Part shown: in pieces, positions 11,051 to 19,746 of the stretch
Layout of the letters: the number at the start of each line of letters is the position of its first letter
How positions within the stretch are numbered: the stretch's first letter is position 1
Assembly: GCA_918234285.1 (NCBI GenBank)
Contig: CAKJXZ020000067.1
Coordinates: forward strand, 1 to 25,279
Direction of reading: 5' to 3'
From: Pseudomonadota bacterium
GTDB lineage: Bacteria > Pseudomonadota > Alphaproteobacteria > RF32 > CAG-239
DNA: 25,279 bases
The notes under the pieces: generated by a model
The model's database searches: none
Seen by the model: only the letters and a program-made list of their open reading frames with translations
What the model was told of the DNA's origin: nothing
Translations under genes and position numbers: made by a program

Positions 11051-11088
11051 TAAAAATACCGAAGATTAATCTTTCTTCGGTATTTTTA
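11051..11088. terminator. Bidirectional terminator-like hairpin
   Basis: TAAAAATACCGAAGA / TCTTCGGTATTTTTA perfect 15-bp inverted repeat between convergent ORFs, overlapping the stop of the 71-aa ORF. Confidence 0.7.
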
Positions 11089-11281
11089 CTGCTAAATGCT
11101 TGTTCATATTTGCATTTTCTTCTTTGCTGATTTGTTCATGATAATGATTAACCACATGGTTGAGCTTTTGCCAGAATTGTTCTTCATAGGCGATAATCGT
11201 GCCCCAGATTGCCATCACAAACATAATGATGGTAACAATGCTTTCGGCGATTTCCAATTTTTCTTTGACAGTGTATTTCAT
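11066..11281 (-). CDS. Small hypothetical single-pass membrane protein, 71 aa
   Basis: One hydrophobic helix (IVTIIMFVMAIWGTIIAY) and fills the intergenic gap, but has no clear RBS. Confidence 0.5.
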   Translation of the reverse strand: MKYTVKEKLEIAESIVTIIMFVMAIWGTIIAYEEQFWQKLNHVVNHYHEQISKEENANMNKHLAVKIPKKD

Positions 11282-11334
11282 AACACAAAAAATATGCCGC
11301 GTACGGCACTTTTCAATCGGCCGAAAGTTTTAGA

Positions 11335-12018
11335 TTATTCATAAAAACGATGCAAAATGTCAGCCACTTCCGACATGGAGCGAGTAATATGTGCGGCGCC
11401 GTTCAAACGGCATTTTTCGGCATATTCGTCGCTGTTGTTGCCGGTAGCTCCGATGTAGGCGATTACCGCCATTTTGGCAGCCACTCCGGCAGTTATACCG
11501 GCCAGAGAATCTTCAATTACCACGCAATTTTCCGGTGCGTAACCCATTTTTTGAGCGGCATATAAAAACAAATCCGGAGCCGGTTTGCCTTTTTCAACCG
11601 CGTAGGCGGTAAACATATTGTCGGCGGAAAAATACTTATCCAGCCGCAGTTTTTCCACTTTGAGCGCATTTTTACGCTCGGTGGCGCCGGTGGCAATACA
11701 ATGGGCAAAGCGACGGTTTGCAAAAATCGGCTCAACCCCCGGTGTTAACGTGAGTTCGGCGGCAATCAGCCGGACGGTGTTTGCGCGCAGTTTATCCCAA
11801 AATGCATCGGCGAATTTTAAGTGCGGAAAGTCCTTACACAGCAGTTCTACTTTGGTTTTGTTAGACTTGCCGCGGATATAATATTCGACTTGTTCTTCCG
11901 TCAGTTCCAACCCGAAAAACAAACGCAGACAATCAATCCAGTTTTGTACCCACAGGTGTTCGCTGTCGGCGATAACTCCGTCAAAATCCCAGATAATAAG
12001 TGTCTTCGGTTTGGTCAT
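11335..12018 (-). CDS. HAD-superfamily phosphatase (beta-PGM/CbbY-like, subfamily IA)
   Basis: WDFDGVIADSE (DxD motif), GKPAPDLFL and VVIEDSLAG motifs. ATG at 12018 has a GAGGAG RBS. Confidence 0.92.
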   Translation of the reverse strand: MTKPKTLIIWDFDGVIADSEHLWVQNWIDCLRLFFGLELTEEQVEYYIRGKSNKTKVELLCKDFPHLKFADAFWDKLRANTVRLIAAELTLTPGVEPIFANRRFAHCIATGATERKNALKVEKLRLDKYFSADNMFTAYAVEKGKPAPDLFLYAAQKMGYAPENCVVIEDSLAGITAGVAAKMAVIAYIGATGNNSDEYAEKCRLNGAAHITRSMSEVADILHRFYE

Positions 12019-12162
12019 AGTCTCCTCTGTCAAGAGTATACAAATAACGGCAGATTGAAGTCAATACACTTATAACTTTTGCACAAATTATGCACATCGC
12101 GTAAAAATATTTCTGTTTTTTTCGGGTAAAATAACATACAAAAAACTTAAAGGAGAGAGAAA

Positions 12163-12786
12163 ATGAGCACAATAGGGAACTTTTGCCTGAATTTATGGCG
12201 GCGGATTGATTGGAAGTTTAATTTATTGACGCTTATCGAGGTAGCCATGTTGTTGGCAATATATCCGCTGATGCGTTGGCAGTGGCCGGATGCGGCATAT
12301 TATGTTGAGGACGGCTGGGTAGAAAATATTCAGCTGGCGGTGTTGGCAATTGCCGCAATAATCGCATTTGGTACGCGCAACGAGCACAGATTGTTTGTTT
12401 TTGCCGGACTGATTTTGATTTTTATGATTTTACGGGAAACCAATCTGTTTCGCGGCTATTTTTGCATGGCTTATCTTAATCCGGGGGATTTGTGTCGCTG
12501 GGAAGAGTTTGAGTACGGATATTTGGTTAAGGGTGCGCGTTGGGTGTTTGTGGCCTATACGGTGTATTATTTTCTGCGCTACAAAATCTGGCAGCCGATA
12601 ATCAAATATGTTATGAAAGCACCGATTTTTATTTGGGATATCGCAATTGTCGGGCTGATGATCGTAGGCGGAACACTGGCCGAATTTCCGAGCATAGATA
12701 ACGAAATTATGGAAGAATGTTGCGAGTTGACTTGCTATTTGGCGCTGGCTAACTGTGTGTGGCGTTATAGACAGGTGAAAATATAA
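12163..12786 (+). CDS. Hypothetical multi-pass membrane protein
   Basis: About six hydrophobic helices with intramembrane acidic motifs (EDGWVENIQ, LRE, EECCEL); AAGGAG RBS. Confidence 0.8.
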   Translation: MSTIGNFCLNLWRRIDWKFNLLTLIEVAMLLAIYPLMRWQWPDAAYYVEDGWVENIQLAVLAIAAIIAFGTRNEHRLFVFAGLILIFMILRETNLFRGYFCMAYLNPGDLCRWEEFEYGYLVKGARWVFVAYTVYYFLRYKIWQPIIKYVMKAPIFIWDIAIVGLMIVGGTLAEFPSIDNEIMEECCELTCYLALANCVWRYRQVKI

Positions 12787-12804
12787 AACAGATATTGCAA
12801 AAAT

Positions 12805-12834
12805 AAAACCTCCGACCGAATAGCCGGAGGTTTT
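12805..12834. terminator. Bidirectional intrinsic terminator
   Basis: AAAACCTCCG / CGGAGGTTTT inverted repeat between convergent genes. Confidence 0.8.
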
Positions 12835-12855
12835 GTTTTATGCAGTCAATTCGAA

Positions 12856-14310
12856 TTAAGCAGCGGACTTCTTAGAAGTTTTCTTAGCCGGTGCTTTTTT
12901 AGCTGTGGTCTTGGTTGATTTGGCCGCGGTTTTGCTTTCGGTTTTCGCCTTCGGAGCGGATTTTTCCGTGTTCGCGGCGGTTTTCGAAGCAATCTGATTG
13001 AAGTCATAAAGCTCAGCTACCGAAATTTCCGTATCGTTCAATTTAGCCTGGCTCAAAACAAAGTCGATGATTTTATCTTCGTATGCCGGAGCACGCAGAG
13101 CTTCAACGGCTTCTTTGTTGCGGGCATAATAATCAAAGACCTGTTTTTCCTGTCCCGGATACTTTCTGGCTTCATTCATGATGGCTTTGTTGATGTCATC
13201 AGCCGACAACATAATTTTGTTGACGTTGCCGACTTCGGAAAGCAACAGACCTAATTTGACACGGCGCAAAGCAATATCTTTGTATTCGGCCAAAATGTCT
13301 TTTTCATCGCGTTTTTTATCGGCTTCGTCCAAACGATTGTTGGCTTTGGCTGCCTGATATTGTCTTTCAATCATTTCATATTCGGCATCAACCAGCTTCT
13401 GCGGAATTTCAAACTTATATTCCTTATCCAAAACATCGAGCAGGTCGCGTTTGAGCTTAATGCGCGAAGTAGCTTCGTAATTGCCGGAAATGTGAGCGGA
13501 AATCTGCGCCTTCAAATCATTCAAATCTTTGGCACCGACAGCCTTGGCAAAATCATCATTGATTTCGGTCGGAACAAATTCACGCAATTCTTTAATGGTG
13601 GTAACGAACAAAGCTTCCTTACCGGCCAATTCTTTGGCATGATATTCTGTCGGGAAAGTGGTCTTAACATTAACCGTTTCGCCGGCTTTGTGGCCGATGA
13701 GCTGGTCTTCATAACCCGGAATGAAGGAATTGGAACCGAGCTCTAACGGGTAATTGTTGCCTTTGCCGCCGTTGAACTCAACACCGTCAATGGAGCCGAC
13801 AAAGTCGATAACCACAATGTCGCCTTTTTGCGCGGCACGATCTTTTTCAACTTTAGCGGTGTTGCGGCGAGATTCTGCCATATAATTAATGGCTTTTTCG
13901 ATTTCTTCTGCCGGAACTTTGGCAACATATTTTTTCAAAGTAATCTTGGAGAAGTCGCCCAACTTAATTTCAGGCAGAACTTCCGCTTCCATGGTGAATT
14001 CGATATCTTTACCGTCTTCAAATTTTTCGATTTTGATATCCGGAGTAACGGCCGGACGCAGTTTGTTTTCAACAATAACCTGATTGGCGGCATCGCGAAT
14101 CATTTCATCGAGAACTTCACCCAAAACCGACGGACGGTATTTTTGCTCAATCATGCCTTTCGGAGCATGGCCGGCTCTGAAACCCGGCATTTTGATATCT
14201 TGTGCCACTTTGGCTAATTTTTTATCGACGGCAGCGGCAAAATCGGCGCTGGCAATCGTAATTGAATATTTCTTTACTAATCCTGTTGATTTTTCTTCTT
14301 TTGCTTTCAT
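12856..14310 (-). CDS. tig: Trigger factor
   Basis: MPGFRAGHAP ribosome-binding signature, FKBP domain (IDFVGSIDGVEFNGG, LGSNSFIPGYEDQLIG) and K/A-rich C-terminal tail. Confidence 0.97.
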   Translation of the reverse strand: MKAKEEKSTGLVKKYSITIASADFAAAVDKKLAKVAQDIKMPGFRAGHAPKGMIEQKYRPSVLGEVLDEMIRDAANQVIVENKLRPAVTPDIKIEKFEDGKDIEFTMEAEVLPEIKLGDFSKITLKKYVAKVPAEEIEKAINYMAESRRNTAKVEKDRAAQKGDIVVIDFVGSIDGVEFNGGKGNNYPLELGSNSFIPGYEDQLIGHKAGETVNVKTTFPTEYHAKELAGKEALFVTTIKELREFVPTEINDDFAKAVGAKDLNDLKAQISAHISGNYEATSRIKLKRDLLDVLDKEYKFEIPQKLVDAEYEMIERQYQAAKANNRLDEADKKRDEKDILAEYKDIALRRVKLGLLLSEVGNVNKIMLSADDINKAIMNEARKYPGQEKQVFDYYARNKEAVEALRAPAYEDKIIDFVLSQAKLNDTEISVAELYDFNQIASKTAANTEKSAPKAKTESKTAAKSTKTTAKKAPAKKTSKKSAA

Positions 14311-14347
14311 GTTTTTTTCTCTAAAAATAAGTTATAACATATTGAAA

Positions 14348-14432
14348 TGGTGCGGATAAAGAGACTTGAACTCTTACGCCTTGCGGCACCAGATCCTAAG
14401 TCTGGCGTGTCTGCCAATTCCACCATATCCGC
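14348..14432 (-). tRNA. tRNA-Leu (anticodon TAG)
   Basis: Minus strand GCGGATATGGTGGAATTGGCAGACACG-CCAGA-CTTAGGA-TCTGG, long variable arm, GTTCAAGTC T-loop, TATCCGC-A-CCA; 85 nt. Confidence 0.96.
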
Positions 14433-14456
14433 ACGGAATTTCTGGCTTCAGCGGGC

Positions 14457-14485
14457 AGTAAAGCATATTTATTGTGATAAATCAA
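14457..14485 (-). promoter_or_regulatory. Putative promoter of tRNA-Leu/tig
   Basis: Minus strand TTGATT-17 nt-TTTACT followed by a GC-rich discriminator (GCCCGC). Confidence 0.4.
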
Positions 14486-14517
14486 GCAAAAAAGTATGCT
14501 CTACACATAAAAATATG

Positions 14518-14545
14518 TTGCAAATTCAAAAAAAACGGCTATAAA
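14518..14545 (+). promoter_or_regulatory. Putative promoter of prfC
   Basis: TTGCAA-16 nt-TATAAA. Confidence 0.45.
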
Positions 14546-14577
14546 ACAGGCATATTAATCAACCATACGAGGATAAA

Positions 14578-16164
14578 ATGGCAGAGAAAATCAATCCGCG
14601 CAAGACTTTTGCGATTATTTCCCACCCGGATGCCGGTAAAACGACATTGACCGAAAAGTTGTTGTTGTTCGGCGGAGCCATTCAGCAGGCCGGTGCGGTA
14701 AAGGCGCGCGGCGAGAATCGCAAGGCGCGTTCCGACTGGATGAAGGTGGAGCAAGAACGCGGTATTTCCGTGGCTTCGTCGGTGATGAATTTTGATTATG
14801 ACAACATCACTTTCAATTTGTTGGATACACCGGGACACGAGGATTTCTCGGAAGATACATATCGGGTTCTAACCGCGGTTGATTCGGCGGTGATGGTGCT
14901 TGATTCCGCCAAAGGTATCGAAAGTCAGACCAAAAAACTGTTTGAGGTTTGCCGTTTGCGCAACATTCCGATTATGACCTTTATTAACAAGTTGGATCGC
15001 GAAGGTTTGGACCCGTTTGAACTGCTTGACGATATTGAAAACACGTTGGCGCTTGAAGTTACTCCGGCCAGTTGGCCTATCGGTAGCGGAAAAGACTTTC
15101 TCGGCTGTTATGACTTGATTAACGATCGCCTGATTTTGATGAATAAAACCGGCAATAAGTCGCAAATTAACGACACCATCGAAACCTGTAACGGGCTGGA
15201 CGACGAAAAACTCGATAAGCTGTTGCCGGCGCATGCGGTTGCCAAGTTGCGCGAAGATGTGGAAATGGTGCGCGAACTTTGTCCGGCGTTTGATTTGGAT
15301 GCTTATCTTTCCGGCTCGCTGACACCGGTGTTTTTCGGCAGCGCAGTCAATAATTTCGGGGTGCGCGAAGTGTTGCAGGGTTTATGCAAATTTGCGCCGA
15401 CACCGCGGCCGCAACCGAGTGCCGAGCGTATTGTCAACGCCGATGAGCCGAAAGTTACCGGCTTTATTTTTAAAATTCAGGCCAATATGGACCCGAAACA
15501 CCGCGACCGTATTGCGTTTATGCGAATTTGTTCGGGGCATTTCAAACGCGGCATGAATCTGTTGCAAATTCGTACCGGTAAAGAGGTGAAAATCGCGACG
15601 CCGGTGATGTTTTTGGCACAAGAGCGCGAACTGACTGAAGATGCGTATGCCGGCGATATTATCGGTATTCCGAACCACGGACAGCTCAGAATCGGCGACA
15701 CTTTGACCGAGGGCGAAAAAATCCATTATACCGGTATTCCGAGTTTTGCGCCGGAATTGCTGCAATCGGTACACGCCAAAGACCCGCTGAAATCAAAGCA
15801 TTTGGCCAATGCTCTGCAACAAATTGCCGAGGAGGGCGGTGCCAGTATTTTTAAGCCGATGTCGGGCGCCGAATATATCGTGGGCGTAGTCGGAGTGTTG
15901 CAATTTGAGGTGATTGCCGATCGGCTTCGTACCGAGTTTAACGTGGATGCGGTGTTTGAGCCGACACAATATTTTACGGCGCGTTGGGTCAGTTGCGATA
16001 ACAAGGAAGTGCTCGAAAAATTCTACCGTACCAATATGTTGAATTTGGCTGAAGATTATGACGGCGCTAAGGTGTTTTTGGCCCGCAATGCCTGGCATTT
16101 GGGCAAGGTCGGCGAGGATTATCCGGAAATCGTATTACACAAAACCCGCGAACAAAGTTTTTAA
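14578..16164 (+). CDS. prfC: Peptide chain release factor 3
   Basis: FAIISHPDAGKTTLTEKLLL, DTPGHEDFSEDTYR and FKIQANMDPKHRDRIAF motifs. Confidence 0.98.
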   Translation: MAEKINPRKTFAIISHPDAGKTTLTEKLLLFGGAIQQAGAVKARGENRKARSDWMKVEQERGISVASSVMNFDYDNITFNLLDTPGHEDFSEDTYRVLTAVDSAVMVLDSAKGIESQTKKLFEVCRLRNIPIMTFINKLDREGLDPFELLDDIENTLALEVTPASWPIGSGKDFLGCYDLINDRLILMNKTGNKSQINDTIETCNGLDDEKLDKLLPAHAVAKLREDVEMVRELCPAFDLDAYLSGSLTPVFFGSAVNNFGVREVLQGLCKFAPTPRPQPSAERIVNADEPKVTGFIFKIQANMDPKHRDRIAFMRICSGHFKRGMNLLQIRTGKEVKIATPVMFLAQERELTEDAYAGDIIGIPNHGQLRIGDTLTEGEKIHYTGIPSFAPELLQSVHAKDPLKSKHLANALQQIAEEGGASIFKPMSGAEYIVGVVGVLQFEVIADRLRTEFNVDAVFEPTQYFTARWVSCDNKEVLEKFYRTNMLNLAEDYDGAKVFLARNAWHLGKVGEDYPEIVLHKTREQSF

Positions 16165-16185
16165 GCGGATAACGCAAGACAACAG

Positions 16186-16213
16186 TTGCATTTTATAAAA
16201 ATCGGCATATAGT
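16186..16213 (+). promoter_or_regulatory. Putative sigma70 promoter
   Basis: TTGCAT-16 nt-TATAGT upstream of the GAGG RBS of 16236. Confidence 0.45.
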
Positions 16214-16235
16214 AATCAGCATATAAAGAGAGGAT

Positions 16236-16868
16236 ATGCCGATGAGATTTGTTTTGGCTTGGATAAGAATTTTGGCGGCACTGCTGCTGTTCGGGTTGTT
16301 GGCAAATTATTTGTATTTTGCCTTTATGAACGGTTCGTCCGTGGCTGCCGGTTGGGCGCTCGGTTTATTGCTGACCGCGTTTTTTATGTGTATTTTCGTA
16401 TATATATGGGGCTGGAATATGGCGCGTAAGGTACAGAAATCGCCGCTCGATGCTTATATTGAAGATGTGCATAAAGAGGAAGAACTGGTACAGCAGATGA
16501 CAGCTTCGGCGCCGCTTACAAATGCCGACGAGGTGGCGGCAGTGTTGGAAAAATTGGTGGCGGCCAATGCCAAAAATACCACCACACTCAATTTGGCGAT
16601 GGAGAATCTGAATTCGCGGCTGGATGAGCTGGAAGAAAAGTTTATTCGGCGCGAAACCGCTAAAGAAAAGTCGGAGCCGAATTTTGCCGCCGTGGAAAAA
16701 GCAGTATCGGAATCGACGGTTGCGGCAGATGAAAAAGTTGCGCCGAGCGGTAATTTTGATGACGAATTTGCCGCTATATCCGACTTGGAAATTATGCAAG
16801 AAAATCTTAAAGAATATAATGAAGTTGATGTAGATAAGTTATTGAAAGATATGGATAAAAATAAATAG
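16236..16868 (+). CDS. Hypothetical protein with two N-terminal TM helices, coiled coil and acidic tail
   Basis: Hydrophobic residues ~5-58, heptad-like segment (LNLAMENLNSRLDELEEK); RBS present. Confidence 0.75.
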   Translation: MPMRFVLAWIRILAALLLFGLLANYLYFAFMNGSSVAAGWALGLLLTAFFMCIFVYIWGWNMARKVQKSPLDAYIEDVHKEEELVQQMTASAPLTNADEVAAVLEKLVAANAKNTTTLNLAMENLNSRLDELEEKFIRRETAKEKSEPNFAAVEKAVSESTVAADEKVAPSGNFDDEFAAISDLEIMQENLKEYNEVDVDKLLKDMDKNK

Positions 16869-16883
16869 AAAGAAGATGGTGAA

Positions 16884-18314
16884 ATGACGCAGACAATGTA
16901 TGATCCGAAATCGCTTAAGGCCGATGAATTTATCTGTAACGACGAAATTTTGGAGAGTTTGAAATATGCCGACGAAAACAAAAATAATCGCGAAGTGATT
17001 GAAAAAATTATGCAAAAAGCGCGGCTTGAAAAAGGTCTGACACATCGCGAGGCTTCAGTGCTGTTGGCATGCGATATACCGGAAATCAACGAGCAAATTT
17101 TTGCGCTGGCCAAGCAAATCAAACTCAATTATTACGGCAACCGCATGGTGCTGTTTGCGCCGCTGTATCTTTCGAACTATTGTGTCAACAGCTGTGTTTA
17201 TTGTCCGTATCATATTAAAAACAAGCACATTTTCCGCAAAAAAATGACGCAGGACGAAATCAGAGAAGAGGTGATTGCCCTGCAGGATATGGGACATAAA
17301 CGGCTTGCCATCGAACTGGGCGAAGACCCGATCAATAACCCGATTGAATATGTGTTGGAGAGTTTGAAAACCATTTATTCGATTAAGCATAAAAACGGGG
17401 CAATTCGCCGTGTGAACGTCAATATTGCCGCCACTACGGTCGAGAATTATAAAAAGCTCAAAGATGCCGGAATCGGCACGTATATTCTGTTTCAGGAAAC
17501 GTATAATCGCCAATCGTATGAAACATTGCATCCGGCGGGGCCAAAACATAACTACGCATGGCATACCGAGGCGATGGACAGAGCAATGGAAGGCGGGATT
17601 GACGATGTTGGTATCGGCGTGTTGTTCGGACTTTCTACTTATCGTTACGAATTTGCCGGCCTGTTAATGCATGCCGAGCATTTGGAAGCAGTGCACGGAG
17701 TAGGGCCGCACACCATCAGCGTACCGCGTTTACGTCCGGCTGATGATATTGATACCAACGATTTTAAGGACTGTATCAACGACGATATTTTCTCCAAGAT
17801 TGTGGCTTGTTTGCGGATTGCCGTGCCGTATACCGGTATGATTATTTCTACCCGTGAGAGTAAAAAGACACGGGAAAGAGTGTTGCAACTGGGTATTTCG
17901 CAACTTTCCGGCGGTTCCAAAACGTCGGTCGGCGGCTACAGTCATCCGGAAAAAGAAGAGCCGAATTCGGCGCAATTTGATGTGATTGATAATCGTACGC
18001 TCGATGAAGTGATTTATTGGCTGTTGGAGATGGGCTATATTCCGAGTTTTTGCACCGCGTGCTATCGGGCGGGGCGTACCGGCGACAGATTTATGGAATT
18101 GTGTAAAAATAAGCAGATTCACAATTGTTGCCACCCGAATGCGCTTTTAACTTTGCAAGAGTACTTGACCGATTATGCTTCACCGGAAACTAAGAAAATC
18201 GGCGAAGAATTGATTGCTCGTGAGGTGGCGACTTTGGCGCCGCAGACGCAAGTTACGACCAATAAGTGGCTGGAGATGATACGCTCGGGCCAGGGCAGAG
18301 ATTTCCGATTTTAA
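16884..18314 (+). CDS. hydG: [FeFe]-hydrogenase H-cluster radical SAM maturase HydG
   Basis: Radical SAM CxxxCxxC (CVNSCVYC) plus C-terminal Cx2Cx22C (CTAC...CCHPNA), which distinguishes HydG from ThiH; GPHTISVPRL motif. Confidence 0.93.
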   Translation: MTQTMYDPKSLKADEFICNDEILESLKYADENKNNREVIEKIMQKARLEKGLTHREASVLLACDIPEINEQIFALAKQIKLNYYGNRMVLFAPLYLSNYCVNSCVYCPYHIKNKHIFRKKMTQDEIREEVIALQDMGHKRLAIELGEDPINNPIEYVLESLKTIYSIKHKNGAIRRVNVNIAATTVENYKKLKDAGIGTYILFQETYNRQSYETLHPAGPKHNYAWHTEAMDRAMEGGIDDVGIGVLFGLSTYRYEFAGLLMHAEHLEAVHGVGPHTISVPRLRPADDIDTNDFKDCINDDIFSKIVACLRIAVPYTGMIISTRESKKTRERVLQLGISQLSGGSKTSVGGYSHPEKEEPNSAQFDVIDNRTLDEVIYWLLEMGYIPSFCTACYRAGRTGDRFMELCKNKQIHNCCHPNALLTLQEYLTDYASPETKKIGEELIAREVATLAPQTQVTTNKWLEMIRSGQGRDFRF

Positions 18315-18333
18315 GCGACAGTGAAAACAAACC

Positions 18334-18631
18334 GTCATTCTGAATGTAATATAAAAATAGTCATCCCTCGAAGTGCACAAAAACAAACCGTCATCCCTCG
18401 AAGTGCACAAAAACAAACCGTCATCCCTCGACCTGTGCTGTGCATCAGGTCGTCAAGGGATCTTATCTTTGCGAAGCGCAAATTATATATGTGAATCGGA
18501 AGCAATGCTGTCGCATTGAAAGGTCAGATACCTTGACGCACGGACACGCAGTGCCGTGCGAGGTATGACAATATTTTTTTTCAGTGCCGTGCGAGGTATG
18601 ACAATGATATTTTACCGTTACTTAAAATGAC
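18334..18631 (+). repeat. Palindromic repeat cluster A: left half-units (18334 degenerate, 18360, 18390), full element 18420-18569, right half-units (ending 18602 and 18631, the latter degenerate)
   Basis: Exact 30-bp duplication GTCATCCCTCGAAGTGCACAAAAACAAACC x2; the full element matches copies at 22209, 23435, 24729 and 24960. Confidence 0.93.
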
Positions 18632-18670
18632 AACTTTGATACTCGTGAAAATATTTTTGTCAAAAAATGA

Positions 18671-18698
18671 TTGACAATGCGGATTGATGTGGTATGCT
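18671..18698 (+). promoter_or_regulatory. Putative strong sigma70 promoter for 18750
   Basis: TTGACA-16 nt-TATGCT with TG extended -10. Confidence 0.65.
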
Positions 18699-18749
18699 TA
18701 AAATATTCAAGAGATTATTCAGATAGATATTCACAAAAATCCATACATT

Positions 18750-19670
18750 ATGAAAGAAAATCATACTAAGTACATTTGGCCGGTAGAAGCACCGTTCAGG
18801 ATTGCCTACCGTGACCCGCTGTCCGGAGTTATGACGTTGCTTCCTTATGTTGACCTCCAGTGGAAGATGAAAATCTGGGGAGTGTCAGTCGAGGAGCGCG
18901 TTTATAAGCTTACGCACGAGCCGGGTGCCGATTGGTTTAAGGCCAAGGGCTATGTCGACAAGCTTTGTCAGGGCTATATGCCGAATACCGATGATTTGGA
19001 TACGGCATTTGCCTATAAAGAGGGGTTTAACGAAATCGTCGAATTCCTCAAGTCCAAAAAGATTGTCGCCGAGCCGTGGAACGATGGTTGGTATTGGAGT
19101 ACTGAGGAAGAAGCCGACAATGCGGCAGTGGTTGATATGGCCACCGGCAGGGCTGAGCTGATTGATAAAAAAATCAAAAACGGCTATACCCGTCTTGTCA
19201 GTCGCCGTATTACCGACAAAACTCCCGGTGTACATTACCCGTTGGTTTATTTTGACGAGGGCATTTTCAAAATCTCTTATGATTTGATTTTGTCACGCAA
19301 AGACCAGTTGTGGGGTATCCAATCGGGCAAAAACTACTTCTGTCTGCGCGAGGAAAAGCCGCAGAACTGGTATCAGGCTAAAGCCGCAGCCGAGAAAATG
19401 TCTAACGATTTGGTGCGCATTTCGCTGCCCAAAAAGGAGATGTTTGACGAGCTGAGGCGTGAGCGTGAGGCTGTCAACGATGCGTTGATGAAACTCCAAG
19501 CTTTCGGAATTGCAACCGACTTGTGGCTCGATAAGTCTTGGGGCTATTTGACCGCTTCGGAGTATCTCGACCATTATGTTACCTGTGAACACGAGATGAT
19601 TCCGAAAAGCGAGGTAAATCCGTGTCGTTTTATCGGTGAAAACCGCAGACACCACACAGTATTGCTGTAA
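18750..19670 (+). CDS. Hypothetical protein with two tandem DUF1566/C-type-lectin-fold-like domains
   Basis: Two internally homologous halves: WG[VI]...W[FY].AK...[ML]P...W...(W)YWS/GYLT...R[LF][VI]. Fold assignment is by eye. Confidence 0.6.
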   Translation: MKENHTKYIWPVEAPFRIAYRDPLSGVMTLLPYVDLQWKMKIWGVSVEERVYKLTHEPGADWFKAKGYVDKLCQGYMPNTDDLDTAFAYKEGFNEIVEFLKSKKIVAEPWNDGWYWSTEEEADNAAVVDMATGRAELIDKKIKNGYTRLVSRRITDKTPGVHYPLVYFDEGIFKISYDLILSRKDQLWGIQSGKNYFCLREEKPQNWYQAKAAAEKMSNDLVRISLPKKEMFDELRREREAVNDALMKLQAFGIATDLWLDKSWGYLTASEYLDHYVTCEHEMIPKSEVNPCRFIGENRRHHTVLL

Positions 19671-19678
19671 ATTATAAC

Positions 19679-19716
19679 AAATCCTTCAAAAACGAGTTGT
19701 TTTTGGAGGATTTTTT
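19679..19716 (+). terminator. Intrinsic terminator
   Basis: AAATCCTTCAAAAAC / GTTTTTGGAGGATTT stem running into a T-tract. Confidence 0.75.
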
Positions 19717-19746
19717 ATTTATAGTGCCGGTTAAGGGGAGAAAATT

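Noticed and set aside
14348-14432. tRNA as an integration site for a prophage or island
   Set aside because: No duplicated tRNA 3' end and no integrase are seen; both flanks are core genes.
16884-18314. ThiH (2-iminoacetate synthase) assignment
   Set aside because: Length of 476 aa and the C-terminal Cx2Cx22C motif indicate HydG, and no thi genes are adjacent.
18420-18569. Repeats as simple intrinsic terminators
   Set aside because: They are far more complex than needed, conserve bulges, and one cluster lies between divergent genes where no terminator is required. Incidental termination is still possible.
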